Source of the DNA: Eledone cirrhosa
Lineage: Eukaryota
Direction of reading: 5' to 3'
Assembly: GCA_964016885.1 (NCBI GenBank)
Contig: CAXHJY010001345.1
Coordinates: forward strand, 1-34,537
DNA: 34,537 nucleotides
In this document: positions 1-11,687 of the stretch, piece after piece
How the letters are laid out: the number at the start of each line of letters is the position of its first letter
Position numbering within the stretch: position 1 is the first letter of the stretch
Notes under the pieces: generated by a model
The model's input: the letters and a program-made list of their open reading frames with translations, nothing else
What the model was told of the DNA's origin: nothing
The model's database searches: none
Program-made: the position numbers and the translations under genes

Positions 1-83
1 GGGTCGATAAAATAAAGTACCAGTAATGCACTGGGTAATTTTCCTGGCCTCGTGCTAAAAGTAGAAACAATTATTATTACTAT
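1..83 (+). mobile_element. 3' half of a tRNA-derived SINE, cut by the window edge, in tandem with the next copy
   Basis: GGGTCGATAAAATAAAGTACCAGTAAT...GGCCT(C/T)GTGC...GTAGAAACAATTATTATTACTA recurs at ~208-288. It ends in a short (ATT)n tail. Confidence 0.8.
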
Positions 84-85
84 TT

Positions 86-288
86 GAGGGCGGTGGATTG
101 GCAGTATCGGCAGAGGGTCGGGCGCCATGCTTCGACGCATAGAGTTACCGCCCTTTCCATTCTGAGTTCAAAACCCGCCGAGGTCAACTTTGTCTTTCAT
201 CCTTACGGGGTCGATAAAATAAAGTACCAGTAATACACTTGGTAATTTCTGGCCTTGTGCCAAACGTAGAAACAATTATTATTACTAT
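86..288 (+). mobile_element. Full-length tRNA-derived SINE, octopus type, with a Meta/Sauria-like central domain
   Basis: A-box-like TGGCAGTATCGG (99-110) and B-box-like GAGTTCAAAACC (164-175). The central CTTTCATCCTTACGGGGTCGATAAAATAAAGTACC resembles a conserved SINE core, recognised from memory. It has an (ATT)n tail. Confidence 0.8.
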
Positions 289-540
289 ATATATACACAT
301 ATATATATATGTGTGTGTATATTATATATATTATATATTTATATATATTTATATATATATATATGCATATATATGCATATATTATAGATAATATATATAT
401 AAATATATATATATATGCATATATATGTATATATTATAGAAAATATATATATTATCTATAATATATACATATATATGCATATATATATATATATATATAT
501 TATCTATAATATATATATATATATGCATATATATATGTAT

Positions 541-760
541 CAACAGAGTTGACATTGCACTCAGTGCTCCTTTGGGAGCCCCTACATGGACACACTGGAA
601 GAGGAAGACCAAGGTTAACATATGTTGATGCCCTAAGGACAGACACTGGTCTGTTGGAGATGCAGGATATGGCAGCGATAATGAGGGACAGAGACCGCTG
701 GAGAGAACTCGTCCATGGATCTCGGGAATTTTACCCGCCTTAGATAGATAGATAGAGATA
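541..760 (+). mobile_element. 5'-truncated 3' end of an RTE-group LINE with a (TAGA)n tail
   Basis: Translation LLWEPLHGHTGRGRPRLTYVDALRTDTGL...MRDRDRWR matches the typical RTE-group C-terminal GRP...DR..WR motif. The stop is followed directly by TAGATAGATAGA. Confidence 0.75.
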
Positions 761-876
761 TGTATATATTCTAGATATATAGATATATTTACACACACAC
801 ACAAACACACACATATATATATATATGCATATATATGTATATATTATATATATATTTACATATATGTGTATACATA

Positions 877-908
<32 letters not shown>

Positions 909-1249
909 CACGGAGAGATAGAATTTAGGCCATTATTAGTCATTCGGTGGAAAGCTAATATCTAGTCATCATAAATAAATAAATATTATTAAACAACGAA
1001 TAAGATAAATAAAACACATAACTGTAATTAAAAAGAAAACAAACACAAACAAAACAACTGATGTACCAAAAGTTGTCTCTTAAAATGGCGGCCGTGGAAG
1101 ACTAAAATACAAAATGGCGATATTGACAGAGATAAGCGTGATGTGTAGAGTGTGGTGTGACGGTTGACGAATGGGTGTGTGGAGTGTGTATGGGGGGTGG
1201 GTGGCTGTGGCGGTGTGACATGTGTCATGTGGGGAGTATGTGTGGTGTG

Positions 1250-1453
1250 GCTATATATATATGTGTGTATATGTATGTGTGTATATATATATATGTATAT
1301 ATATTTATATATATATATATGTATGTGCATATATACGTATGTATATCTATATATGTATGTGTATAGGTATGTATCTATATCTATATATGCATGTGTGTAT
1401 ATATATATATATACATGTATGTATCTATATGTATCTATGTATATATATATATG

Positions 1454-1491
<38 letters not shown>

Positions 1492-1820
1492 GTATGTATC
1501 TATGTATGTATATATATAGTATGTATCTATATATGTATATATGTATGTATGTATATATGTATATATGTATATATATGCGTATGTATATGTATATATATGC
1601 GTATGTATATGTATATATATGCGTATGTATATATATGTATGTACATACATTATATATATATATACATGTATGTACATACATGTATATATATATATGTATA
1701 TACATACATGTATATATATGTATGTACATTTATATGTATATACATACATGTATATATATGTATGTACATACATGTATATATATATGTATGTACATACATG
1801 TATATATATGTATGTACATA

Positions 1821-1851
<31 letters not shown>

Positions 1852-1908
1852 GTGTGTGTGTGTTTGTTTGTTTGTTTGTATATGCTTATATGCTTACATA
1901 TGTGTGCG

Positions 1909-1970
<62 letters not shown>

Positions 1971-1980
1971 GTATATGGTA
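1250..1980. repeat. Compound (TA)n/(TATG)n microsatellite
   Basis: Direct inspection. Confidence 0.95.
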
Positions 1981-2129
1981 TGTAAGGGTGATTTGTTCCT
2001 AACAGACATGAAACAGTTTGGTTCTGATTAAAATATTGATCGTCACATCGATTTTACATGATATTGGTTTTATAAGGTTCTTTGCTGGTTCATTAATTCA
2101 TTTTATAGATTTATTTATTAGTTTGTTTG

Positions 2130-2560
2130 GTGCTGTTTTTTGTTGTTGTTGTTGTTGTTGGTGTTGGTGGTGTTGCTGTTGTTGTTGTTGTTGGTGTTTG
2201 TATAGTTGTTGTTGATGTTGTTGATACTGTTGTTGTTGTTGTTGATGTTGCTGTTGGTGGTGGTGGTGGTGGTGGTGTTTCTGTTGTTGTTGGTGGCGGT
2301 GTTGTTGTTGTTGTTGTTGTCGGTGGTGATGGTGTTGTTGTTGTTGTCGGTGGTGGTGGCCGTGGTGTTGTTGTTGTTGTTGTTGGTGGTGTTGTCGTCG
2401 TCGTCGTCGTCGTTGTCGTCGTCGTTCTTCTTCTTCTTGAGATAATGGTGGTGGTGGTGGTGGAACATGAGGGAGATTGTGGAGGTGTGTGGTGGTAATA
2501 ATGATGGTGATGGTGTTAGTGGTGGTGGAGGAGGGTGAAGGTGGGGTGGGGGTGGGGGAG
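2130..2560. repeat. Compound trinucleotide tract (GTT)n/(GGT)n/(GTC)n
   Basis: Direct inspection. It explains the poly-V, poly-L and poly-N pseudo-ORFs. Confidence 0.95.
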
Positions 2561-2794
2561 TAGTGGCGGTGTAGTTATCAAAGACTGAGAATTACTTCCG
2601 TCAGGTGAGTTTTGGCAATTTATTTCTTACTTCCATTATTCATTTTTGTGTGTAGATCCACACACACACTCACACACACCCTACCATACTAGACCATGTT
2701 GATGGGCGTGAGGCACTTAGCTATTGGTGGGGTCGTAGGGACGCTTTCATGACATACACCGTTTCTGGGTCATTTTGAACAAATACCATTATTC

Positions 2795-3160
<366 letters not shown>

Positions 3161-3384
3161 CACACAAGACAAAATGAAAACACACACACCATAGAACAAA
3201 CAACCAACCAACAATAAATAAATAAATAAACAAACAAATATAAATAGAAAATAGAAAAATGAACACAAACACACACAGACACCCGGATGTGGCGCATGCG
3301 CAAACTGAGCACGCAACCCACACACAAACAAAATGGCGTAGGATAGAAGAAAGGAAAGGCACAGAAACGAAGAAAGAAATCCCC

Positions 3385-3429
3385 AGTCACTGAAGAGGTC
3401 ACAGAGTGTGTGACGAAAGAACTATGACT
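3385..3429 (+). ncRNA. Type-I minimal hammerhead ribozyme (PLE-type)
   Basis: AGTCA-CTGAAGA-G-GTCACA(GAGTG)TGTGAC-GAAA-GAAC-TA-TGACT. Stem I is AGTCA/TGACT, stem II has 6 bp plus one extra G, stem III is very short, and the cleavage triplet is CUA. Confidence 0.75.
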
Positions 3430-3584
3430 ATATATATATAAACAACTATCTGGTTGTGGAACCAACCAACCAACCAGAAATTTATAAATTTGTAAATTTA
3501 TAAATATATATTAAATTAAATTGAAGTGAAAGCAACTGGTGCGTGTGTTTCTTATTGGCAACATGACCCTCCCAAAGTATAACA

Positions 3585-4280
<696 letters not shown>

Positions 4281-4283
<3 letters not shown>

Positions 4284-4632
4284 ATTAATAAAAGGAATTC
4301 CAACTTTGTCTGATTTACTCGTTTTATTTACAATCCTTTAACATTTATATAATGGTATTAGAATGAAATAGTATGGTAGAATATTAAATGTTAAGTGTTA
4401 ATTGAACAAGTACTTACATTGCAAACTTGACTGTCACCACACATTATGAACCTGAAGATTGCGAAAGCATGAAAGTACTTGTTCAATTAACACTTAACAT
4501 TTAATATTCTACCATACTATTTCATTCTAATACCATTATAAATGTTAAAGGATTGTAAATAAAACGAGTAAATCAGACAAAGTTGGAATTCCTTTTATTA
4601 ATATAATCTTCTATACACGATCATACACTCCC
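4281..4632. mobile_element. Penelope-like pseudo-LTR remnant in inverted (fold-back) arrangement
   Basis: Near-perfect inverted arms of ~133 bp (4281-4415 and 4473-4605). A hammerhead spans the spacer and right arm, and the element is flanked by (TA)n. Confidence 0.75.
4447..4485 (+). ncRNA. Type-I minimal hammerhead ribozyme with palindromic stem III
   Basis: TGAAC-CTGAAGA-TTGC(GAAA)GCAT-GAAA-GTAC-TT-GTTCA. Stem I is TGAAC/GTTCA and stem III is the palindrome AGTACT. Predicted cleavage is after 4480. Confidence 0.8.
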
Positions 4633-4634
4633 GT

Positions 4635-4661
4635 GTATATTTATCTCTATATATATATATA

Positions 4662-4747
<86 letters not shown>

Positions 4748-4795
4748 TATATATATATATATATATATATAGACATATATGTCTATATATATATA

Positions 4796-4841
<46 letters not shown>

Positions 4842-4895
4842 TATATATATATATGTATATATATATATATGTCTATATATATATATATATATGTC

Positions 4896-4942
<47 letters not shown>

Positions 4943-5049
4943 GTCTATATATATATAAGTATATATATATATATATGTATATATATATGTATATATATAT
5001 ATATGTATATATATATGTATATATATATATATATGTATATATATATGTC

Positions 5050-5095
<46 letters not shown>
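4635..5095. repeat. (TA)n microsatellite with periodic GTC interruptions
   Basis: Direct inspection. The same ATGTCTATAT pattern recurs at ~17810-17990. Confidence 0.95.
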
Positions 5096-5096
<1 letters not shown>

Positions 5097-5263
5097 GTGG
5101 TAGAGAATGTAAATCAGCAGGAGGACTCAAGCGACATGCAAAAGTACACGAACTCCAACCACAGCCGACTATTCCCAGTAAATGTTTTGGTTGCCGACTC
5201 TGTGCAAGACATTTTGGATCATTGGCTGGGCTAAAAAGCCACATTCGATCGCAGCACTGTTAG
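5096..5263 (+). mobile_element. 3' coding end of an RTE LINE: C-terminal C2H2 zinc fingers (one partial, one complete)
   Basis: [18 protein letters not shown]...[23 protein letters not shown]. It is homologous to [23 protein letters not shown] in the RTE derivative at 31081-31158 (-). Confidence 0.7.
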
Positions 5264-5271
5264 TTGCTATC

Positions 5272-5309
<38 letters not shown>

Positions 5310-5611
5310 GCTTATGTGCGTGCGTGTGTGTGTATATATATATGAATATGTATATTATTATTGTTGTTGTCGTTATTATTATTATTATTATTATTATTGA
5401 ATGCCATGGTTGACGGAGGCTCGGCTCTGTAAGGTATAGTAATTTTTAACCGTTAAAACAATTGTAAATTGTTTAAAACTTGAACCAAATTGTTGATAAA
5501 GACACCCTCCTCCTCGTGAGAGGGGTCTTTCTGTCCGTTATTTGGCCCTTCGGGGTTAAATAGCCAGTTATTGGGGTTTTGTACCCAAAATTTCATTTTA
5601 AACAAAAAAAC

Positions 5612-7706
5612 ATGGCTACCAAAAAAAAAAAAATTTCATACGTCACTCCCACTCATTCCGTCTTCTTCTTCCTCAATCATCACTACAGGAGAGAGAAGAT
5701 TGTCTCTCTCCCTCCCTTCTTTAAATGTGTCTCTCTCCCTACCTTCTCTTTCGCAAGCGACGAAAGAAAAGAAAAGTCTCGTGCAAAGCGTGCAAGGTTT
5801 CTCCACGACGACAGCGACGAAACAGGTGTGCGGGAAATACGAAAACCCAGTTCATTCGTCTGACGTCAGGAATAATAGCAGTAGCAGCCGTAATAACAAC
5901 AGCAACAGTGACAATGAAAACAACAGTAGCAGCCGCAACAGCATCACCAGCAGCATAAACAACAACAGCATTAGCAGCAGCAACACCAACAACAACCACA
6001 GCAACAGCGGCGGAGGCAGTAGTCGTAGTACCTGCAGCAACAACAAAAGTACCAGCAGCTCTGACGACAACAACAACAGCAGAGAAAAACCAATCTCATT
6101 TGCAGGTATTGCGAAAAACCTGGAAACAATCCTCATAACAAATGAGGAATTAGAGGAAGCGAAGAAGATGGTGACAAAGAACGGACACCGAGCAATCTGC
6201 AAGGCAGCGAAAAATTTTTTCGAAACCCAAGAGCACTGTACGGTCACGTACCGTACAGTAAGTACAAAATCCCGTAGGGTGGAAAGAGCCACAGAGGCCC
6301 AAATACAAAAAGCCTTGGGGCCTGTGTGGCAGAGGAAAACGCACATCACCCGAGGCAAAAAATACGCCACCGTAGACGTACTTTTTGCCACACCCCAGGA
6401 GGCAAAGGCCCAATCAGTAGTGACCCTAAGGAGCGAGGAAATGGTGTTGGTGCCCTCCTACTGCGGGCAAAAAATTGTGAGGGTCAAACTGACCCACGTC
6501 CCCCCCGGAATGACCCCTTCTTGGCTGGCCGCGTCTGTCCTCGTCGGAATCGAGGACAAAACAACTGTACTGCAAGTACAGAAAAAAGTAAGAGAAGATT
6601 GGGTCGGCTCCTCCATTGAGATGCTAATCCAAACCAACCAGGAGTGCATCGAAGCTATCCCGGATGTGATAGACTTCGATAACGGCACTCAACTGCCCAT
6701 AAGTGTTGAGGGCAAACGCCCGAAATGCTTTCGCTGTGGATCGAAGACTCACCTCAGGGCCTTCTGCAACGAGAAGACCCTGAGAAAGGAGAAAACCCCC
6801 CTCCTCCCGAATCCGGTTCCACGGCTACCAGCAACAGGACAAGCGGCAACCAGGAACGATAGGTCCGTGGCACCCATACCCACTCCACGGAAATCAAAGA
6901 CAGCAGCAGCAGTGGAAATATTAACAACAACAACAGCAATACCAAATGCAGCTGCAACAGAGACTCCAGTGCAAACATCACCAACAACAACAAGTGAAAG
7001 AGTGGAGCTGGTACCCCTCCCCGACCTTACAGAATCAGACATGGAGTGTGAGGTGGGAGAGGGATGGCAAAAGGTCTCAAGAAGGCACAAACGCAGAAGC
7101 AGCGCATCGTCGCCTTTGAAAAGGGAGGAAAGAAATGAGAAAAGGGTAAAGTCTACTGCAAAGAGACCCACAGCAGCAACACCACCAACACCATCACCAC
7201 CCACACCAGCACCACCATCACCACCGGCGACAACCCCACCGCCAACAACACCTTCAACACCACCACCACAAGCACCAACATCGCAAACACAACAACAAAA
7301 CACACACACCCAGCAACAACGACAAGAAAATAGCAGAACCACACCCCACCCCCAGAAAAACAAATGCACGGCAATAAACACACACAACAAGAAACTAATG
7401 ACTTACATAATTGAACACACAGACATTTCACAACAGGACTACATAATACCAGCACCAATCAAAACGCCAACTAACATAAGACTGCTAAAAATAGCACAGA
7501 AACAATACACAAACATTAAAACGAAATTCCCCAACGCAGTTGGTGATTTCAGGGACCTAGGAGGAACCATTAATCGAAGAGTATATTCAGACATTCTCTT
7601 AGAAGAGCCGACGACCAGCCGAAGGGACGATTCAACGGTCCCTTCACCAGACGATCAAGTGAAAAGGGATGTAAAAACCATCCCTCCTCTACCAAAAATA
7701 CGGTAA
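5612..7706 (+). CDS. ORF1 gag-like nucleic-acid-binding protein, copy 1. As assembled, it is frameshifted just after the ATG.
   Basis: Contains the SFAGIAK motif, an RRM-like region and the CCHC knuckle CFRCGSKTHLRAFC (6726-6767), then a P/T-rich region. ATG 5612 is followed by A13 where copy 2 has AAAAAGAAA (+4 nt), which puts the ATG out of frame with the open frame 5571-7706. Confidence 0.8.
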
Positions 7707-7741
7707 GTGGTCTTTCCCATCTTTTCCACTCTATTTTAAAC

Positions 7742-10700
7742 ATGACCTCACTCAGAATAGGCAGCATAAATGCGCGTGGCTTGGGGTCGTCATGGAAGCA
7801 GGGTCACCTGCTCAACGACCTCAGGTCACTAAACATAGATGTAGTGGCCATCAGCGAGACCAGAATCTCCGAAGCACGGGCCTTCGCACCGATCTTCGGC
7901 GGCTACGATGTGTACGCATCTCCCAGCCGTCCTGGATCGGGTGGAGGAGTTGCTGTGCTTTTTCGGAGAGGTTTGGATCTCGCCATACGGGCCATCTTCC
8001 TGGACCCAGAGGGTAAGCTGGTGGTGCTGGACGTGACCAGCGGAGACGGGCAAGCTTTCAGGCTAGTGGCCGTCTATGCCCCGACAGGAGCAGGGCGGCC
8101 TGATTTCTTCCGGCGTCTGGAGACCTTTCTTGGAACGTCGCGCTCTTTAGTGTTAGTGGGCGACTGGAACGGGATCTTAGATGCACGCTGGGACTGTGTG
8201 GGATTAGCGGATAGGGGTGGAGGGTGCAAGAGCCTCACCAACCTGCTCAGGCGTTTTGAACTGTCTGACAGGTACCGATTGGATTTCCCGAATGTGCCAA
8301 TGTGGACTTGGACAAACCGCATAGGGTCATCCAGATCATATCTAGATAGAGTATTTTGTAGGGAAATAGATAGGTCTAGCATAGGCTGTCCACAATTCAA
8401 GATAGTCAGCTACACGGACCACAAATTCGTGATCTGCGTGCTTGACTTAGATAGGCTTCATAGACGAGGACCCGGCTACTGGAAGCTAAACGCGTCCTTA
8501 CCAGCGCGCAAGGCCTACAGAGACCGGATTAGCGAACTAGTTAAGCGGGCGTTGACGGGGGCCATCGTCAACAACAAGTGGTGGTTTGCTCTGAAAAGAG
8601 CGATTAGAATAGAATCGATTAGGTTTAGTAAGGCTTTAGCAATAGAGAAAAATAGAGCAGAGGGAGAACTAGTTAGAAAATTAGACGAGGCGCTTAGCAA
8701 AGGCATTGCGACCGACGTGCTTGCGGCGAAATTGGCCCTTGACCAATTCTTCAATGCAAAGCACGAAGGCTGCGTTGTCAGAGCTAGGGTGCGTGCTCTC
8801 AGACACGAGGGGACGAAAGCCGTTCAATGGGCCCGAGTGGCGGAGGCGCGTCGTGGCAACAAAGCCACGATCCGGTCTTTGGTGGACCACGACGGGCGCA
8901 TGCTACTCGATCCCGGGCAAATGTGTGAAGCTTTTCAGCGACACTTCGCTCAGCTGTTCGGGGGCAGCGGGGGGCCGGGTAGAGGGATGGACTTTAGTGT
9001 CTACCTCGACGGGCTGCCGCGGCTCTCGGCCACTGAGGCGAGGTGTTGCGAAAAGCCGATAACAGCCGCTGAAGTACGGGAGGCAATGACTGGCTGCACA
9101 AGGGGTAAATCGCCTGGTTTGGATGGTCTGCCCTATGAACTTTACGTACAGATGCCAGACTTGTTCGGAGGCCTCTTGGCGGACGTCTACTGCAACTGGC
9201 AACAGAACGGGAGAATTCCCAGTTCTGTGAGCCGAGGAGCGGTGGCACTGCTGAGAAAGGATCCGAACAAGGGGGATAACATAGACAATTTCCGGCCCAT
9301 AACTCTGCTAAACACAGAGTTTAAGATTTTGGCCAAGGTGCTAGCAAAGAGGTTGGCGCTTGTCGTTGGTGGTCTAGTGGGAGAGGCGCAGACATGCGCC
9401 ATTCCCGACAGATCCATCCACGACAACCTCCACCTCATGCGATACATCGTAGAGAGGGTAGCTAGGGAACCTGGCACGGGTGGGTCCTTGATCAATTTAG
9501 ATCAGTCGAAAGCTTTCGATAGGGTCGACCATCGTTACCTAGCGGCAGTCCTGAGGGCGGCTGGCTTTGGGCCCGTCTTCAGAGGCTGGATCGCTGCCAT
9601 GCACAGCGACATCTGCTCTGTGGTGAGAGTGAACGGTCACCTGTCGGAACCGTTCAACATCATGCGCTCGGTCCGCCAAGGATGTCCCCTCTCGTCCCTC
9701 TTGTACGTATTGACTCTCGAGCCATTACTGCACAAACTGGAGACGTTGAGGGGAGTCCCGCGCGAACTAGGATGCGGAAGATCCGTGTCAGCATATGCGG
9801 ACGATGTCACCGTAGTGGTGTCGAACGCCAAACACATCGAGGCGATCGGCACTACACTAAGAGAATACGAAGCGGTGACAGGAGCAATGATCAACCAGGA
9901 AAAGTCAGTGGGCCTGCAGCTCGGCACCTGGAGAGGCAGGTCCATGCCGTCCAACAGCGTCGTCGGGCGCTGGACGGACGGACCGGTTAAATTGCTAGGG
10001 GTCTGGTTCGGTCCGGACCTCCAGACGGACAAAAACTGGGACGAGGTGACGAGCAGGGTGGCTTCTCTCACCCAGAAATGGGCGGAGAGGAAGCTATCCC
10101 TGAAAGGTCGAGCGGAGGTGGCTAACGCGTACATCGCGTCTGTCATCTGCTACCGCCTAACCGTCGTACCTTGTCCTAAGCCTCGCCTGACTGCGCTGGA
10201 GCGTTTGCTCTTTCGCTTTTTGTGGATGGGACGTGCTCCGATGGTCAGGCGGTCCATCTGTTGTCAACACCCGCTACGTGGAGGGCTGGGCATGCCGTGG
10301 CTGATGATGCGCAGGCACGCGCTCAGGCTACGACATCTCCACCTCTTCCTCGACGGTGATCAGGTGTGGTCGCCGTTTGCTAGACGCGTTTTTCCCCAGC
10401 TCGTTTCCTTGACGGAGCTGCAGTCCTGGGTCAAGCGAAGACCGAGAGGGAGCGCCTGGAGACTGGAATGTCTTCAGGCGCTCACAGCCCTCGACCAATC
10501 GGGCAATGTGATCGGTGGAAACTCCACCTCAGCGTTCTATAGAGGATTAGTGGAGGGGAAGAGCGACGACGTACTTGGGGAAACTCTAGGCGTCGACGAA
10601 AATCAACTAGCCAATCTCTTCGGAAGAACTTTCGGGCCAGGGCCTATGGACAACTTCCAGAAATCTCTGGCCTGGCAGTGCTACCGAGGAGCCTTGCCAG

Positions 10701-11161
10701 TTCGGGATAAACTCTACAGGCATGGAGGTGCCGTCAGCCGGGCATGTCCGAGATGCGCGCAGGGCGACGAAACCGTCCTGCACGCACTCGTCCAGTGTCC
10801 GAAAATTGCTGACTTGTGGGTTTATGTCGAACACCTGCTGTCGCGTTTAGGACGGATCCAGCTATCATCTGAGTCTATCGTGAGGATTGCCCCGCCCTCC
10901 TCCTTTAGCCGGGAAGGGCAGGCAGTTTTTATCTGTCTGGTGGCCATGGCGAAAGAGATAGTATGGTGGACACGTTTGAAAGGGCTGAAGACGAGCACTT
11001 ACCTCTTCGGTGATGCTCTGATTGACTTTTTCAAATTTCATTTGAAAAGGAAAATCAGAGTAGAGAAGGAAGTGCTCTCTTCCCAGCATTTTGTTGAAAG
11101 ATGGGTGAGAGAAGCAAGAATGGCCCGAGTGAATGGGCCGACTCTGAGTATATATCTGTAA
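7742..11161 (+). CDS. ORF2: AP-like endonuclease, reverse transcriptase and C-terminal CCHC finger (1139 aa)
   Basis: Endonuclease motifs SINARGL, ISETR, VGDWN, SYLDRVF and TDH. Tx1/L1-type GYWKLN. RT motifs KSPGLDG, FRPITLLN, DQSKAFDRVDH, QGCPLS and YADD. Finger CPRC...ETVLHALVQC. Confidence 0.97.
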   Translation: MTSLRIGSINARGLGSSWKQGHLLNDLRSLNIDVVAISETRISEARAFAPIFGGYDVYASPSRPGSGGGVAVLFRRGLDLAIRAIFLDPEGKLVVLDVTSGDGQAFRLVAVYAPTGAGRPDFFRRLETFLGTSRSLVLVGDWNGILDARWDCVGLADRGGGCKSLTNLLRRFELSDRYRLDFPNVPMWTWTNRIGSSRSYLDRVFCREIDRSSIGCPQFKIVSYTDHKFVICVLDLDRLHRRGPGYWKLNASLPARKAYRDRISELVKRALTGAIVNNKWWFALKRAIRIESIRFSKALAIEKNRAEGELVRKLDEALSKGIATDVLAAKLALDQFFNAKHEGCVVRARVRALRHEGTKAVQWARVAEARRGNKATIRSLVDHDGRMLLDPGQMCEAFQRHFAQLFGGSGGPGRGMDFSVYLDGLPRLSATEARCCEKPITAAEVREAMTGCTRGKSPGLDGLPYELYVQMPDLFGGLLADVYCNWQQNGRIPSSVSRGAVALLRKDPNKGDNIDNFRPITLLNTEFKILAKVLAKRLALVVGGLVGEAQTCAIPDRSIHDNLHLMRYIVERVAREPGTGGSLINLDQSKAFDRVDHRYLAAVLRAAGFGPVFRGWIAAMHSDICSVVRVNGHLSEPFNIMRSVRQGCPLSSLLYVLTLEPLLHKLETLRGVPRELGCGRSVSAYADDVTVVVSNAKHIEAIGTTLREYEAVTGAMINQEKSVGLQLGTWRGRSMPSNSVVGRWTDGPVKLLGVWFGPDLQTDKNWDEVTSRVASLTQKWAERKLSLKGRAEVANAYIASVICYRLTVVPCPKPRLTALERLLFRFLWMGRAPMVRRSICCQHPLRGGLGMPWLMMRRHALRLRHLHLFLDGDQVWSPFARRVFPQLVSLTELQSWVKRRPRGSAWRLECLQALTALDQSGNVIGGNSTSAFYRGLVEGKSDDVLGETLGVDENQLANLFGRTFGPGPMDNFQKSLAWQCYRGALPVRDKLYRHGGAVSRACPRCAQGDETVLHALVQCPKIADLWVYVEHLLSRLGRIQLSSESIVRIAPPSSFSREGQAVFICLVAMAKEIVWWTRLKGLKTSTYLFGDALIDFFKFHLKRKIRVEKEVLSSQHFVERWVREARMARVNGPTLSIYL

Positions 11162-11421
11162 ACTAAAGGTGGAAAACTGGGAGAGGGCACTTGCCTTGGT
11201 GGTCAGGGTCATTGTGGCTTTTTACTGGGCTTTCTCCACAAATGTCCCTCCGAAGTCTCCCCCCTATTGGGGAATATTTCATTGTTATTTTCATTGTTAT
11301 TTTTGTTACATCCTCTGTTTTTGTTTTTTTACACGCAGAAATGCCCATTTGTACCGTCCTGCATTGTCCTGCACTGTCCTTAATGTCTACTTTATGTAAA
11401 CCCTTGTGGTTAATAAAGAAA

Positions 11422-11474
<53 letters not shown>

Positions 11475-11687
11475 GAATGCCATGGTTGACGGAGGCTCGG
11501 CTCTGTAAGGTATAGTAATTTTTAACCGTTAAAACAATTGTAAATTGTTTAAAACTTGAACCAAATTGTTGATAAAGACACCCTCCTCCTCGTGAGAGGG
11601 GTCTTTCTGTCCGTTATTTGGCCCTTCGGGGTTAAATAACCAGTTATTGGGGTTTTGTACCCAAAATTTCATTTTAAACAAAAAAAC

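Larger units (their letters stand above)
5399..11474 (+). mobile_element. Full-length Tx1/L1-clade non-LTR retrotransposon, copy 1
   Basis: The 5' end GAATGCCATGG follows (TTA)n. It carries ORF1 and ORF2, AATAAA at 11412-11417 and an (ATT)17 tail at 11424-11474. It is nearly identical to 11475-17589. Confidence 0.95.

Noticed and set aside
2018-2498. Poly-C/V/L/N ORFs
   Set aside because: They are frames of the (GTT)n/(GGT)n tract.
4661-5263. Host C2H2 zinc-finger gene (a family expanded in octopus)
   Set aside because: There are no TGEKP linkers and the upstream frame is pure microsatellite. The finger matches the RTE C-terminal finger seen at 31081-31158.
5373-5398. Defined target-site duplication for the Tx1 copies
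   Set aside because: Any TSD would be (ATT)n and cannot be told apart from the tail or the target.
5500-5530. HDV-like ribozyme suggested by TCCTCGT in the Tx1 leader
   Set aside because: I could not assign consistent P1, P2, P3 and J4/2 elements. A simple hairpin explains the pairing.
5852-7458. Antisense and alternative-frame ORFs within the Tx1 ORFs, with duplicates in copy 2
   Set aside because: They are shadow ORFs of low-complexity or GC-rich coding sequence with no recognisable domains.
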